From: Anaeromyxobacteraceae bacterium
GTDB lineage: Bacteria > Myxococcota > Myxococcia > Myxococcales > Anaeromyxobacteraceae
Direction: 5' to 3'
NCBI GenBank assembly: GCA_047602405.1
Contig: JASGHJ010000001.1
Coordinates: 416,001 to 480,000 of the forward strand
Length of the DNA: 64,000 nucleotides
This document shows positions 50,957-64,000 of the stretch, one piece after another. Every line of letters begins with the position of its first letter. Positions within the stretch are counted from its first letter, which is position 1. The position numbers were made by a program, and so were the translations under genes. The notes beneath the pieces were generated by a model, which saw only the letters and a list, made by a program, of their open reading frames with translations, did no database searches and had not been told where the DNA came from.

Positions 50957-52255
50957 TCAGCGCCCCAGCGCCCGGATCAGCGACGCCCGCGCGGTGGCCA
51001 GGTTGAACCGCGCCTGGACCTCCTGCGCCGCCGCGGTCGTCTCGGCGACCTGCGCGTCGTTGAGCTCGATGCCGCTGCCGAGGCCGTTCTGGTAGCGCGC
51101 GTCGGCGAGCCGGAGGCGCTCCTTCGCGTTCGCGAGGGCCTCGCCGGTCGCCTCGAGCGACGCCCGGGCGGCCTGCACCGACAGCCACGCCTGCTCGACC
51201 CCGAGCCGCACCGCGAGCTTCACCGACTCCGCCTGGGCGTCCAGGACCTCGAGGTTCGCCGAGGCCTCGCGCACCTGCGCGGCGGTCCGCCCGCCCTGGA
51301 AGAGCGGCCAGGTGAGCACGAGCCCGGCGTTCCAGGACTCCCGGGTGCTGGAGAGGTCCGGGCCGGCCTGGCCGATCTTGCCGGTGGCGTCGAGCGTGGG
51401 CGCGAAGCCCGACCAGCTCGAGCGCAGCGAGGCGGCCGAGGCGTCGCGCTGGCGCGCGAGCGCGGCCAGGTCGGCGCGGCGGGAGAGCGCCTCGTTCACG
51501 AGGGCGTCGAGCGCGGCGTCCTCGCCCGCCACCGCGGGGAACTCGATGGGCGCGAGCGCGTAGTCGGTCGCGCCGACGACGCCCATGGCCTGGTTGAGGC
51601 GGGCGAGCGCGGTCGCGTAGTCGTTGCGGGCGGTGATGAGCTGGACCTGCGCGGACGCCCGGTCGGCGCGGGCCTGGGCGAGGTCGATCTCCGGGCGGGT
51701 GCCGACCTCGACGAAGCCCTTCACCTGCTCGAGGTGGGCCTCGCGGTTCTGGAGCGTCTCCCTCGCGACCTCGACGAGGTCGCGGGCCGCCGCGGCGGAG
51801 AACCAGGCGGTGCGGACGCCGAGCACGACCGCCTCGAGGGTGTCCTTCTCGGACTCCTCCTGCGCGCTCGCCGAGGCGCTCGCGGCCGAGCGGGAGAAGA
51901 AGGCGCCGAGGTCGACGAGGGGCTGCGTGCCGGTCAGGCCGTAGGACCAGGTGGTGGCGGCGCCGAGCCCCTCCCCGCCGGCCCGCACCACGCTGCCGTT
52001 CCCGGTGATCTGCGGGAGGAGGTTGCTCGTCGACTGGCCGAGGCGGGCCCGCGCGGCGCGGCTCTGGGCGCGGGCGGCGCGCAGCTCGGGCTGGTGCGCG
52101 AGCGCGAGCGACTCGGCGTCGGGGAGCGAGAGGGGCGCGTCCGAGCCGGTGGGGTTCTTGACCGCCCGGGCGGGGAGCGCCGCCGCGAGGGCGAGGAGGG
52201 CGACGAGGAGCCGCGACATGCGAGGCCTGTCCATGGCGGGGAGATGGGCGGTCAT
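50957..52255 (-). CDS. TolC family outer membrane factor
   Basis: Signal peptide, two OEP repeats, 'GLVLTWPLFQGG', 'RYQNGLGSGIEL'; ATGA overlap with the permease stop. Confidence 0.92.
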   Translation of the reverse strand: MTAHLPAMDRPRMSRLLVALLALAAALPARAVKNPTGSDAPLSLPDAESLALAHQPELRAARAQSRAARARLGQSTSNLLPQITGNGSVVRAGGEGLGAATTWSYGLTGTQPLVDLGAFFSRSAASASASAQEESEKDTLEAVVLGVRTAWFSAAAARDLVEVARETLQNREAHLEQVKGFVEVGTRPEIDLAQARADRASAQVQLITARNDYATALARLNQAMGVVGATDYALAPIEFPAVAGEDAALDALVNEALSRRADLAALARQRDASAASLRSSWSGFAPTLDATGKIGQAGPDLSSTRESWNAGLVLTWPLFQGGRTAAQVREASANLEVLDAQAESVKLAVRLGVEQAWLSVQAARASLEATGEALANAKERLRLADARYQNGLGSGIELNDAQVAETTAAAQEVQARFNLATARASLIRALGR

Positions 52256-53481
52256 TCGAAGCGGAGCGCGGTGATGGGGTCGAGGCGGCTCGCCTTGAGC
52301 GCCGGGTAGAAGCCGAAGCCGATGCCGACGAGCGCGGAGAAGGCGACCGCGACGAGGATGATGTCCGGGCGGACCAGCATCGACCAGCCGAAGGCGGACG
52401 CGAGCCAGGTGCCGGCGCCGACGCCGAGCGCGACGCCGATGAGCCCGCCGCCGACGGAGAGCGTGAGCGCCTCGACGAGGAACTGCAGCTGGATGTCGCG
52501 CGCCCGCGCGCCGACGGCCATGCGGACGCCGATCTCGCGGGTCCGCTCGGTCACCGACACGAGCATGATGTTCATGATCCCGATGCCGCCCACGAAGAGC
52601 GACACGGCGGCGATGGCCATGAGGAGCGTGGTGATGGTGCGGGTGCCCTCGGCCTGCGCGGACGCGACCTCGGAGAGGTTGCGGATCTGGAAGTCGTCCT
52701 CGGCGTCGAGCCCGAGCTTGTGCCGGTCGCGGAGCAGCGAGCGGAGCTGGCTCTGCGCGCGCCCGGTGGCCTCCGCCGACACCGCCGAGACCGCGATCTG
52801 GCCGGCGATGACCTTCTTCAGGCCGCCCTGGATCTTCTGCTGGAAGGTGGTGACGGGGATGAGGACGATGTCGTCCTGGTCCTGGCCGAAGGGCGACTGG
52901 CCCTTCTTGTCGAGCAGGCCGACGACGTTGAACGGGACGTTCTTGATCCGGATGACCCGGCCGATGGGGTCGGCGCCGACGCCGAAGAGCTTCTCGGCCA
53001 CGGTCTGCCCGAGCAGCGCCACCTTCGTGCCGCCGTCCACGTCGGACTGGGTGAAGAAGGTGCCGGAGGTGACCGGCCAGTTGCGGACCGACACGAACTC
53101 GGGCGTCGTGCCCTGCACCGAGGTGCCCCAGTTCAGCTCCTCGGCGGTGAGCTGCGCGCTCGTGCGGAGGATGGGCGCGGCGTACTTCACCGCCGACAGC
53201 TCGGTCTGGATCGCCCGGAGGTCGTCCCAGGTGAGCGTGGGCAGGGAGCCGAAGCCGCCCATCGCGCCGCCGCCCTGCGAGGAGCCGTTCAGCACCATGA
53301 GCATGTTCGAGCCCATGGCGGCGAATGTCTGCTCGACCCGGGCCTTCGCGCCGTCGCCGATGGCGACCATCGCGATGACCGCCCCGGTGCCGATGACGAC
53401 GCCGAGGCCGGTGAGGAAGGAGCGCAGCTTGTTGCGGGCGAGCGCGCGGAGCGCCACCCGGAGCGTCACGAGCCAGCTCAT
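52252..53481 (-). CDS. MacB-type ABC transporter permease
   Basis: 'RNKLRSFLT.LG', 'GGIGIMNIMLVSVTERTREIG', 'ASRLDPITALRFE'. Confidence 0.95.
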   Translation of the reverse strand: MSWLVTLRVALRALARNKLRSFLTGLGVVIGTGAVIAMVAIGDGAKARVEQTFAAMGSNMLMVLNGSSQGGGAMGGFGSLPTLTWDDLRAIQTELSAVKYAAPILRTSAQLTAEELNWGTSVQGTTPEFVSVRNWPVTSGTFFTQSDVDGGTKVALLGQTVAEKLFGVGADPIGRVIRIKNVPFNVVGLLDKKGQSPFGQDQDDIVLIPVTTFQQKIQGGLKKVIAGQIAVSAVSAEATGRAQSQLRSLLRDRHKLGLDAEDDFQIRNLSEVASAQAEGTRTITTLLMAIAAVSLFVGGIGIMNIMLVSVTERTREIGVRMAVGARARDIQLQFLVEALTLSVGGGLIGVALGVGAGTWLASAFGWSMLVRPDIILVAVAFSALVGIGFGFYPALKASRLDPITALRFE

Positions 53482-54215
53482 GCCGTCGCCTCCTCGTGCC
53501 CCTCGCCGGGCACCGCCGGCCTCGGGGTCTGCCGCACGTCGTGGCGGACCTTGCCGTCGCGCATCGTGATCACCCGGGCCGCGTGCTCGGCGATGTCCGG
53601 CTCGTGCGTCACGAGGATGACCGTGATGCCGGTCCGGCCGAGCGCCTGGAAGAGCGCCATGACCTCGATGCTGGTGCGCGAGTCGAGGTTGCCGGTGGGC
53701 TCGTCGGCGAGGATCACCCGCGGGCGGTTCACGAGCGCGCGGGCGATGGCCACCCGCTGCTGCTGGCCGCCGGACATCTGGTTCGGGTGGTGGTCGAGCC
53801 GGCCGCCGAGGCCCACCCGCTCGAGCGACTCCTTCGCGCGCGCGTGCCGCTCCTGCGCCGGCACGCCGGAGTAGAGGAGCGGCAGCTCGCAGTTCTCGAG
53901 CGCGCTCGTGCGCGAGAGGAGGTTGAAGTTCTGGAAGACGAAGCCGAGCGTGCGGTTGCGGATCGCCGCGAGCGCGTCGTTGTCGAGCTTCGAGATCTCC
54001 TGCCCCTCGAGCAGGTAGCGGCCCGAGGTCGGCCGGTCGAGGCAGCCGAGCAGGTTCATGAGCGTCGACTTGCCCGAGCCGGACGCGCCCATGATCGCGG
54101 TGAACTCGCCCTCGGCGATGCCGAGCGAGACCCCGTCGAGCGCGCGGAGCTCGACGTCACCCATGGTGTATACCTTCGTGACGTCTTCGAGCTGGATGAG
54201 CGGGGCGCCGGCCAT
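53478..54215 (-). CDS. ABC transporter ATP-binding protein (MacB/LolD-like)
   Basis: GASGSGKS, MSGGQQQRVAIAR, LADEPTGNLD. Confidence 0.97.
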   Translation of the reverse strand: MAGAPLIQLEDVTKVYTMGDVELRALDGVSLGIAEGEFTAIMGASGSGKSTLMNLLGCLDRPTSGRYLLEGQEISKLDNDALAAIRNRTLGFVFQNFNLLSRTSALENCELPLLYSGVPAQERHARAKESLERVGLGGRLDHHPNQMSGGQQQRVAIARALVNRPRVILADEPTGNLDSRTSIEVMALFQALGRTGITVILVTHEPDIAEHAARVITMRDGKVRHDVRQTPRPAVPGEGHEEATA

Positions 54216-54224
54216 GGCCGCCTC

Positions 54225-55541
54225 CTAGAGCCCGCGCCGCATCGCCTGGGCGAAGCCGGACGGCGGGCCCTGCGCGTCGGTGACGACGGTGTCGCCCTCC
54301 TTGAGCTCGCCCTCGACGAGCTCGGTGAACGAGCCGTCGGAGATGCCGGTGCGGACGCGCACGGGCGCGGGCTTCTCCTCGCGCATCACCCAGAGCGTGC
54401 GGCGATCCGGCGACTCGGCGCCGCGCACGCCGCCGCCGCCCGGGCGCTGCCCGCCGGGGCCGGCGCCGGCGCCGGGCTGGCCGCCCTGGCCGGCCTGGCC
54501 GCCACCCTGCGGACGGCCCTCGGCGCGCGGGCCGCCCTGCGCGCCGCCCTGGCCGCCGCCGCTCGCCGCGAGCAGGTTCGGCGGGGGCCGGAAGCGGAGC
54601 GCGGCGTTCGGGACCTTCAGCACGTCCTCCTTCTCCGCGTAGACGAACGTGACGTTGGCGGTCATGCCCGGCTTGAGCTTCAGCTCCGGGTTCGCGACGT
54701 CGACCACGGCGTCGTAGGTCACGACGTTCTGCACGGTGGTGGGCGCGTTGCGGATCTGGCGGACCTTGCCGCGGAAGACCTCCGCCGGGTACGCGTCGAC
54801 GGTGAAGCTCGCGTCCATGCCCTCGCGCAGGCGGCCCACGTCGGCCTCGGCGACCGAGGTGTCGACCTGCATGCGCTTCAGGTCCTCGGCGATGACGAAG
54901 AGGGTCGGCGCCTGGAGGGAGGCGGCCACCGTCTGGCCGACGTCGACGCTGCGGGAGATCACGACGCCGTCGGTCGGCGAGAGGATGTTCGTGTAGTTGA
55001 GGTTGACCTCGGCCTGGTGGAGCGCGGCGCGCGTCTGCGCGACGGTGCCCTCCGCGGCGGCCACGCCGGCGGCGTTCGCGTCGGCGGTCGACTGCGCCGT
55101 GTCGTAGTCGGCCTGCGCGACGAGCTTCTTGTCGAGGAGCGCCTTCGAGCGGGCGGCCTGGCGCGCGGCGTCGGCGGCCTGGGCCTTCGCCTTCGCGAGG
55201 TTGCCGGTGGCCGCGGCGAGGTTCGCGCGGGCCTGCTCGACCGCGGCCGCGAAGAGCTGCGGGTCGATCTTCGCGATGAGCTGGCCCTTCTTCACCGGCG
55301 TGTTGAAGTCGGCGTGGAGCTCGGCGATGCGCCCCGACACCTGGCTGCCGACCTGGACCGTGACGAGGGCCGAGAGCGTGCCGCTCGCGGTGACCTTCGC
55401 GAGGATGCGTCCCTTCTCGAGCTTCGCGGTCTCCATCTTGACCGGCGGCCCGGACTTGCTCGAGCCGAGCTTCCAGGCGGCCAGGCCGCCGACGGCGACC
55501 ACGGCGACCACGGTGGAGAGGATGACGTTGCGCTTCGACAT
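54225..55541 (-). CDS. MacA-type periplasmic adaptor subunit
   Basis: N-terminal TM; 'VQVGSQVSGRI'; helical hairpin; 'GQTVAASLQAPTLF'; 'LKPGMTANV'; Gly-rich linker. Confidence 0.95.
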   Translation of the reverse strand: MSKRNVILSTVVAVVAVGGLAAWKLGSSKSGPPVKMETAKLEKGRILAKVTASGTLSALVTVQVGSQVSGRIAELHADFNTPVKKGQLIAKIDPQLFAAAVEQARANLAAATGNLAKAKAQAADAARQAARSKALLDKKLVAQADYDTAQSTADANAAGVAAAEGTVAQTRAALHQAEVNLNYTNILSPTDGVVISRSVDVGQTVAASLQAPTLFVIAEDLKRMQVDTSVAEADVGRLREGMDASFTVDAYPAEVFRGKVRQIRNAPTTVQNVVTYDAVVDVANPELKLKPGMTANVTFVYAEKEDVLKVPNAALRFRPPPNLLAASGGGQGGAQGGPRAEGRPQGGGQAGQGGQPGAGAGPGGQRPGGGGVRGAESPDRRTLWVMREEKPAPVRVRTGISDGSFTELVEGELKEGDTVVTDAQGPPSGFAQAMRRGL

Positions 55542-55694
55542 GGGATGAGCTCCGGCGACGGGGAGGCGGGTTCGGCTCCTCACGAGATCCTGCGCGAACC
55601 GGGCGGACTCGTACCACGTCCCCGACCCCACACGGGGCCGAAGGTTAACGGCCGAGCCCTCGTGCTTCACACTTCTTCACGTCGGCGGCGACCG

Positions 55695-58323
<2,629 letters not shown>

Positions 58324-58333
58324 GCCCCGAAGG

Positions 58334-59287
58334 CTACCCCATCGCTCGTTGCGTCGCCCACCAGGCGGCCGTCGCGCGCAGGCCCTCGTCGAGCGTGAAC
58401 GGCGGAGTCCAGCCGAAGTCCCGCCGGAACCGGCCGCCGTCCACCGCGAGCGACCCGAGCAGGCGATCCGCGGTCGGCCGGCGCCCGAGGGCCGCCGCCG
58501 CCGCGCGCAGCGCCCAGGGCGGGATGGGGAGGAGCCGCGGCGCTCGGCCCATGACGCCCGCGATGCGCCGGACCAGCTCCGGCGTCGAGACCGACTCCCC
58601 ATCCGAGACGAGCCACGCTCCCGCAGTGCCCCGCCCCTCCACGGCGACGCGCACCGCGTCGGCCAGGTTCTCGACGTAGACGAGGCTGCGACGGTTCTCG
58701 ACGGCGCCGAGCGGCAACGGGACGCCGCGCGCGACGGCGCCCATGAGCCGGGCGAAGTTCGCCTTCACGCCCGGGCCGTACACGAGCGGAGGGCGCAGGG
58801 ACACGTGCTCCAGCCCCGTCTCCGCGGCGACGCGCGCGAGCGCCGCCTCGGCCTCCACCTTGCTCACGCCGTACGGGTCGCAGGGCGCGAGGCGGTCGTC
58901 CTCGGTGTAGGGAGCCGCGCGGCCCTCGCCCATGACCTTGACGCTCGAGAGGAGCACGAACCGGCGCGCGCCGGCCGCGGCGGCGCACCGGGCCAGCTGC
59001 TCGGTCCACGCCACGTTCACCTTCCGGTAAGCGGCGAGCGGCTCGGGGGCGTCGTCGCGCAGGACGTGGACCCGCGCGGCCGCGTGCACGACGGCCTCGA
59101 TCCCCTCCATCGCCGCGCGCCAGCGCTCGGGCCCGGAGTCCGCGTCGAGGCGCAGCGCCTCCACCCCCGCGACGTCGATGGGCGCCCCGCGGGTCGAGGC
59201 CCGCACCGGATGTCCCGCGGAGACGAGGCGCCGCGCGATGGCGCGCCCCACGAACCCCGTCGCGCCGGTGACGAGGACCGCGCTCAC
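58334..59287 (-). CDS. NAD-dependent epimerase/dehydratase (WbpV-like sugar-nucleotide reductase)
   Basis: TGATGFVG, YGVSK, 'RPPLVYGPGVKANF'. Confidence 0.9.
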   Translation of the reverse strand: MSAVLVTGATGFVGRAIARRLVSAGHPVRASTRGAPIDVAGVEALRLDADSGPERWRAAMEGIEAVVHAAARVHVLRDDAPEPLAAYRKVNVAWTEQLARCAAAAGARRFVLLSSVKVMGEGRAAPYTEDDRLAPCDPYGVSKVEAEAALARVAAETGLEHVSLRPPLVYGPGVKANFARLMGAVARGVPLPLGAVENRRSLVYVENLADAVRVAVEGRGTAGAWLVSDGESVSTPELVRRIAGVMGRAPRLLPIPPWALRAAAAALGRRPTADRLLGSLAVDGGRFRRDFGWTPPFTLDEGLRATAAWWATQRAMG

Positions 59288-60312
59288 CGCCCCGACCCCT
59301 GCACGATCGGCCCGCGCGCCTCCAGCCTCCGCACCGCGGCGACCATGAACAGGAAGATCGCCAGCGGGATGAGGGCGAGCGCGCCCCGCGCAGGCCCCGG
59401 CGCCACGGGCCAGGCCGCCGCGGCGATCGCGCAGGGCACCATGCCCGCGAGGGCGGTCGCGGTGATGCGCCGGTGGGGCACCCCCAGCGCGAGCGGGCGC
59501 TGGTACCAGTGGGAGCGGTGGGCCTCGTACCAGCGCTCACCCCGCAGGATCCGCGCGACGAGCGTGGTGGTGGCGTCGAGCAGGAAGAGCGCGAGCGCGA
59601 GCAGGACCGACGCCACCGGCACGCTCCGCCCGGCGGCGAGCAGCGGCGTGCAGCCCAGGAAGAAGCCGATCGCGGTGGAGCCGGCGTCCCCCATGAAGAT
59701 CCGTGCGCGAGGGAAGTTGTGGACCAGGAAGCCGGCCGAGGCGCCCGCGAGCGCCACCAGCATCGCGACCACGCCGAGCTCGGAGCCGAGGGCGGCGGCC
59801 CCGGCGATCCCGAGGGCCGCGAGGACTGCTTGCCCCCCGGCGAGGCCGTCGACCCCGTCCATGAAGTTGTAGAGGTTGGTGCTCCAGACGATCGCCACCG
59901 TGCCGGCCACGGCGGCGAGCCACGCGACCGGCCCCTCGACGCCGTGCGCCTCCGCCCACGCGGGCCCCGCGGCGGCCACGACCGTCGCGGCGCACACGAG
60001 CTGCATGGCGAGCCGGAGGCGGGCCGGCAGCGGACGGAGGTCGTCCACCAGGCCGAGGGCCGCGATGAGCGCGGTGCACGCGAGGATCGGTCCCGAGCCC
60101 TCGACCCCGCCTCGCACCGACACGGCCGCCGCCGCGCCCAGGAAGCTGAGCGCGAGCGCGACCCCGCCCAGCCTGGGCGTCGGGACCTCGTGCGCGCTCC
60201 GCGCGTTCGGGTTGTCGAGGAGGCTGCGCCGGAGCGCGATCTCCCGCAGGACGGGGGTCAGGGCCGTCGCGATCAGGAAGGTCGCGAGGGCGGTGGCGGT
60301 GAGCACGATCAT
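59284..60312 (-). CDS. undecaprenyl-phosphate HexNAc-1-phosphate transferase (WecA/WbpL-like)
   Basis: 'RSAH..PTPRLGG', 'GLVDD', 'NLYNFMDGVDG', 'IFMGDAG', 'AHRSH.YQ'. Confidence 0.92.
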   Translation of the reverse strand: MIVLTATALATFLIATALTPVLREIALRRSLLDNPNARSAHEVPTPRLGGVALALSFLGAAAAVSVRGGVEGSGPILACTALIAALGLVDDLRPLPARLRLAMQLVCAATVVAAAGPAWAEAHGVEGPVAWLAAVAGTVAIVWSTNLYNFMDGVDGLAGGQAVLAALGIAGAAALGSELGVVAMLVALAGASAGFLVHNFPRARIFMGDAGSTAIGFFLGCTPLLAAGRSVPVASVLLALALFLLDATTTLVARILRGERWYEAHRSHWYQRPLALGVPHRRITATALAGMVPCAIAAAAWPVAPGPARGALALIPLAIFLFMVAAVRRLEARGPIVQGSGR

Positions 60313-61178
60313 GCGGCCCGCGGCCTCAACAGGACGTCGAATCCCGACACGGACAGCTCCTCCGCGGTGAAGTCACCCAGGTCGGCGTGGACGGCCCCCG
60401 GCGCGAGCGCCGGCCGCTCGAAGCGGTCCACCCGGAGGAGCGTCGCCTCGAAGCCCGCGCGATCGTACGCCCGCAGGTGCTCGGAGAACCTGAGGCGGTT
60501 CGTGTAGAACCCGCTCCGCCTCGCGAAGCCGTCCGCCTCCCACAGCGCGCTCGAGAAGCGCAGGTTCGCGAGCCCGCCTCCCAGGTGGTCCTGGAGGTCG
60601 ACGCGGTGGGAGGCCACCCCGTCGGGCCGGAGCACGCGGCGCAGCTCGCCCATCATCGCGTCGAACTCCGCGCGAGGGACGTGCTCGAGCACGGCCTGCG
60701 AGAAGACCAGGTCCACGCTCCCGGACTCCACCTGCCGCAGGGACTCGAGCCCGGAGACGAGGTAGGTCGCGCCGCACGCGGCGAGCACGTCCTCCAGCGT
60801 GCGCGCGTCGAGGAGGTCGACGCGGCCGGACCCCTGCTCCTCCAGGTGACGCGCGAGCTCGCGGTACAGCTCCACGTCGCGAGACGCGAACGCGCCCGCG
60901 TCGACGAGCACGGAGCGCTCCACGCCGAGCGCGCGCCCGATCACCGCGGAGAAGGCGGTGTCGCCGGGCCCGAGCTCGAGCACGCTGCGCACCTTCCGCC
61001 CCGCGCCGGCCCGGCCCAGGTGCTCCCGGTACACGCGCAGCGCGTACGAGTGCTGGTCCATGGCGCCGTGCCGGAAAAGTGAGAGCTTCGCCCACCAGGC
61101 GTAGGGCACCGGGAGGCGCGAGAGCGCCACCTTCACGGCGATGCGGGCCCACCATGGAATTGCCCGTCGCAGCTCCAT
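60309..61178 (-). CDS. class I SAM-dependent methyltransferase
   Basis: VLELGPG, 'VDLVFSQAVLEHV', 'RVLRPDG'. Confidence 0.85.
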   Translation of the reverse strand: MELRRAIPWWARIAVKVALSRLPVPYAWWAKLSLFRHGAMDQHSYALRVYREHLGRAGAGRKVRSVLELGPGDTAFSAVIGRALGVERSVLVDAGAFASRDVELYRELARHLEEQGSGRVDLLDARTLEDVLAACGATYLVSGLESLRQVESGSVDLVFSQAVLEHVPRAEFDAMMGELRRVLRPDGVASHRVDLQDHLGGGLANLRFSSALWEADGFARRSGFYTNRLRFSEHLRAYDRAGFEATLLRVDRFERPALAPGAVHADLGDFTAEELSVSGFDVLLRPRAA

Positions 61179-61315
61179 CGTCGAACGCGGATACCGTATC
61201 GGCTCCCTGGACGCAAATCGCGCCCTCGTGATTCCCCGGTCGCCCGCCGCCTCGCCTCCCCGTGTGACCAGGCCGGGCCTTGGGGTAGACTCCGTGCCCT
61301 CCGGAGACGTCCGCA

Positions 61316-62500
61316 ATGCCATCGCTCCTCGTCGTGACCACGACCGCAGGCATGATCGAGTCGTTCCTGCTGCCGTACGCCGCCCACTTCTCGAGGCTCG
61401 GGTGGAAGGTCGAGGCGCTCACCTCCGAGGACCCCTCCGCACTGCTCCAGCCGGGCCGCTTCCAGGCAGCGCACGACTGCCCCTGGTCGCGAGACCCACT
61501 CGACTCCCGGAACGTGTTCGAGGCGCCGCGGCGCGTGCGCGAGGTGGTCGGCCGCGGCGAGTACGACCTCGTGCACGTGCACTCGCCGATCGCGGCGTTC
61601 GTCACCCGCGCCGCCCTGCGCAGGCTCAGGCTCGCCCCGGGCGGACCGAAGGTCGTCTACACGGCGCACGGCTTCCACTTCCACTCCGCGGGCAACCCTG
61701 CGTCGAACGCGTTCTACCTCGCGATGGAGAAGCTCGCGGGCCGCTGGACCGACCGCCTCGTCCTGATGAACGAGGAGGACATGGCCGCCGCACGCCGGCA
61801 CCGCATCGTGCCCGAGGAGCGGCTGCGCTTCATGCCCGGCATCGGCGTCGACCTCTCGATCTACGGCGGACCTCCCGCCTCCAGCGAGCAGCGGCTCGCC
61901 TCCCTGGCCGACACGGGGCTCCCCCCCGGCGCCCCCTACGTGCTCGTCGTCGCCGAGTTCATCCCGCGCAAGCGGCACGCCGACGTGGTGGGGGCGATGC
62001 GGCGGCTCCTGGATCGGCACCCCGACAGCCCGCTGCACGTCCTCCTCGCCGGGCGCGGGCCGCTCGAACCCGGCATCCGGGCCCTCGTCGCGAAGGCGGG
62101 CCTCGAGCAGCGCGTCCACTTCCTCGGCTTCCGGCGCGACATCCCCGTGCTCCTCCAGGGCGCCTCCGCCGCCCTGCTGGCGTCGGAGCAGGAGGGGTTG
62201 CCCCGCTGCCTGCTCGAGGCCATGGCGGCGGGCACCCCGACGATCGCGACGCGGATCCGCGGCGTGGTGGACCTGCTCGAGGGCGGCGTGGGGCGCCTCG
62301 TCGACGTGGGAGACGTCGAGGACCTGGCCGCTGCCCTCGAGGAGGTCACGGCGGCGCGGGGATCCACCGGAGCGCAGGTCGCCGCTGCGCGCCGCCGGGT
62401 CGAGGGCTACGCCCTCCCCAACCTCCTCCGGCTCCACGAGGAGCTCTACGAGGAGGCCCTGCGGCAGCCCGGCCCCGCCGCGCTCGCCGGCGCCGCGTGA
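61316..62500 (+). CDS. glycosyltransferase family 4 (EpsD-like)
   Basis: 'VHVHSPIA', 'YTAHGFHF', '[12 protein letters not shown]'. Confidence 0.92.
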   Translation: MPSLLVVTTTAGMIESFLLPYAAHFSRLGWKVEALTSEDPSALLQPGRFQAAHDCPWSRDPLDSRNVFEAPRRVREVVGRGEYDLVHVHSPIAAFVTRAALRRLRLAPGGPKVVYTAHGFHFHSAGNPASNAFYLAMEKLAGRWTDRLVLMNEEDMAAARRHRIVPEERLRFMPGIGVDLSIYGGPPASSEQRLASLADTGLPPGAPYVLVVAEFIPRKRHADVVGAMRRLLDRHPDSPLHVLLAGRGPLEPGIRALVAKAGLEQRVHFLGFRRDIPVLLQGASAALLASEQEGLPRCLLEAMAAGTPTIATRIRGVVDLLEGGVGRLVDVGDVEDLAAALEEVTAARGSTGAQVAAARRRVEGYALPNLLRLHEELYEEALRQPGPAALAGAA

Positions 62501-62585
62501 GCGGTCGCGGCCGGCCGCCCGGACGAGGACGGCGCCACCCTTCCGCGCCCGGGCGGGCGCCGACCTCTGCTATGGTCCGGGACGG

Positions 62586-63476
62586 ATGGCACCTCGACGC
62601 AAGGGCATCGTCCTCGCTGGCGGTGCGGGCACCCGCCTGTACCCCGCCACGCTCGCGGTGTCGAAGCAGCTGCTGCCCGTCTACGACAAGCCGATGATCT
62701 ACTACCCGCTCTCGGCGCTCATGCTCGCCGGGATCCGGGAGGTGCTCGTCATCTCGACGCCGCAGGACACGCCCCGGTTCCAGAGCCTCCTCGGCGACGG
62801 CTCGGCCTGGGGGATGAACCTCCAGTACAAGGTGCAGCCCAGCCCGGACGGCCTCGCGCAGGCGTTCATCCTCGGCGCCGAGTTCGTCGGGAGCGACCCC
62901 TCGGCCCTCGTGCTCGGCGACAACATCTTCTACGGCCACGAGTTCCAGAAGCTCGTGCAGGCCGCGAACGAGCGGCCGGACGGCGCGACCGTCTTCGCCT
63001 ACGCCGTGACCGACCCGGAGCGCTACGGCGTGGTCGAGTTCGACGGCGCGCGCCGCGCGGTCAGCCTCGAGGAGAAGCCGGCGCGGCCCAAGTCCAAGTA
63101 CGCCGTGACCGGGCTGTACTTCTACGACCCCGAGGTCGTCCGGCTCGCGAAGGCGCTCAGGCCGTCCGCCCGCGGCGAGCTCGAGATCACCGACCTCAAC
63201 CGGCTCTACCTCGAGCAGGGCAAGCTCTCGGTCGAGATCATGGGCCGCGGCTACGCCTGGCTGGACACCGGCACGCACGACTCGCTCGTCGAGGCCGGCC
63301 AGTTCATCGCGACCATCGAGAAGCGGCAGGGGCTCAAGATCGCCTGCCCGGAGGAGGTCGCCTGGCGGCAGGGCTGGATCGACGACGCGCAGCTCGAGCG
63401 GTGCGCGGTGGCGCTCGGCAAGTCGACCTACGGCGCGTACCTGAGGCACCTGCTCGGCGCGAAGGTCTTCTCGTGA
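62586..63476 (+). CDS. rfbA: glucose-1-phosphate thymidylyltransferase
   Basis: [52 protein letters not shown]. Confidence 0.98.
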   Translation: MAPRRKGIVLAGGAGTRLYPATLAVSKQLLPVYDKPMIYYPLSALMLAGIREVLVISTPQDTPRFQSLLGDGSAWGMNLQYKVQPSPDGLAQAFILGAEFVGSDPSALVLGDNIFYGHEFQKLVQAANERPDGATVFAYAVTDPERYGVVEFDGARRAVSLEEKPARPKSKYAVTGLYFYDPEVVRLAKALRPSARGELEITDLNRLYLEQGKLSVEIMGRGYAWLDTGTHDSLVEAGQFIATIEKRQGLKIACPEEVAWRQGWIDDAQLERCAVALGKSTYGAYLRHLLGAKVFS

Positions 63477-64000
63477 ACGTCCGCAGGACGGCGATCCCGG
63501 ACGTGCTCGTGCTCGAGCCGAAGCTCTTCGGGGACGCGCGCGGGTTCTTCCTCGAGAGCTGGAACCAGCGGCTCTTCGACGAGGCCGTGGGCCGCCCGGT
63601 CACCTTCGTCCAGGACAACCACAGCCGCTCGGCGCGGGGCGTGCTGCGCGGGCTGCACTACCAGCAGCCGCGCCCGCAGGGAAAGCTCGTGCGCGTCGTG
63701 CGCGGCGAGGTCTTCGACGTGGCGGTGGACCTGCGGCGCGGCTCGGCCACCTTCGGCCGCTGGTTCGGCGAGCGCCTCTCGGCGGAGAACAGGCTGCAGA
63801 TGTGGGTCCCCGAGGGCTTCGCGCACGGGTTCCTCGTCCTGTCCGACGAGGCCGAGTTCCTCTACAAGACCACCGACTACTATGCACCCGAGCACGAGCG
63901 CTGCATCCGCTGGGACGACCCCGAGCTCGCGATCGCGTGGCCGGCCGGCGGCCCGTCCCCGGTCGTGTCGCAGCGCGACGCGAAGGGCGGCAGCTTCCGC
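63473..64000 (+). CDS. rfbC: dTDP-4-dehydrorhamnose 3,5-epimerase (runs off the right edge)
   Basis: GTGA overlap with rfbA; '[11 protein letters not shown]', '[18 protein letters not shown]', 'PEGFAHGF', 'FLYKTTDYY'. Confidence 0.95.
   Translation, partial: MNVRRTAIPDVLVLEPKLFGDARGFFLESWNQRLFDEAVGRPVTFVQDNHSRSARGVLRGLHYQQPRPQGKLVRVVRGEVFDVAVDLRRGSATFGRWFGERLSAENRLQMWVPEGFAHGFLVLSDEAEFLYKTTDYYAPEHERCIRWDDPELAIAWPAGGPSPVVSQRDAKGGSFR

Noticed and set aside
50957..55541. MacAB-TolC-type exporter as a novel system
   Set aside because: Ordinary, well-known architecture; substrate cannot be inferred from the sequence

Overview
Very GC-rich bacterial DNA. Gene content and codon style suggest an Anaeromyxobacter-like myxobacterium (inference). 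The window is gene-dense, with about 55 real CDSs; most of the long ORFs in the supplied track are antisense or off-frame shadows. Main points: (1) A complete group II intron (23102-25032, minus strand) sits exactly after the start codon of a sensor kinase. Its EBS1 (CAUGCC) targets GGCAUG, and it ends in a non-canonical ...ACCAAUG with a compensating gamma C, so it re-supplies the AUG. (2) A sigma54-type operon links an outer-membrane beta-barrel and a 6-7-heme cytochrome c to a Tat-signal 4x[4Fe-4S] ferredoxin, a YdhV-type aldehyde:ferredoxin oxidoreductase and YdhW. (3) A stand-alone OmcA/MtrC-type decaheme lipoprotein carries a collagen-like stalk. (4) There is a ferredoxin-AlkB-family fusion and a Rieske-flavoprotein fusion. 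(5) Other content: paired OPT transporters with peptidases, a MacAB-TolC-type exporter and the start of a surface-polysaccharide (rml) cluster. Three genes carry single +1 frameshifts. No rRNA, tRNA or CRISPR array was seen.
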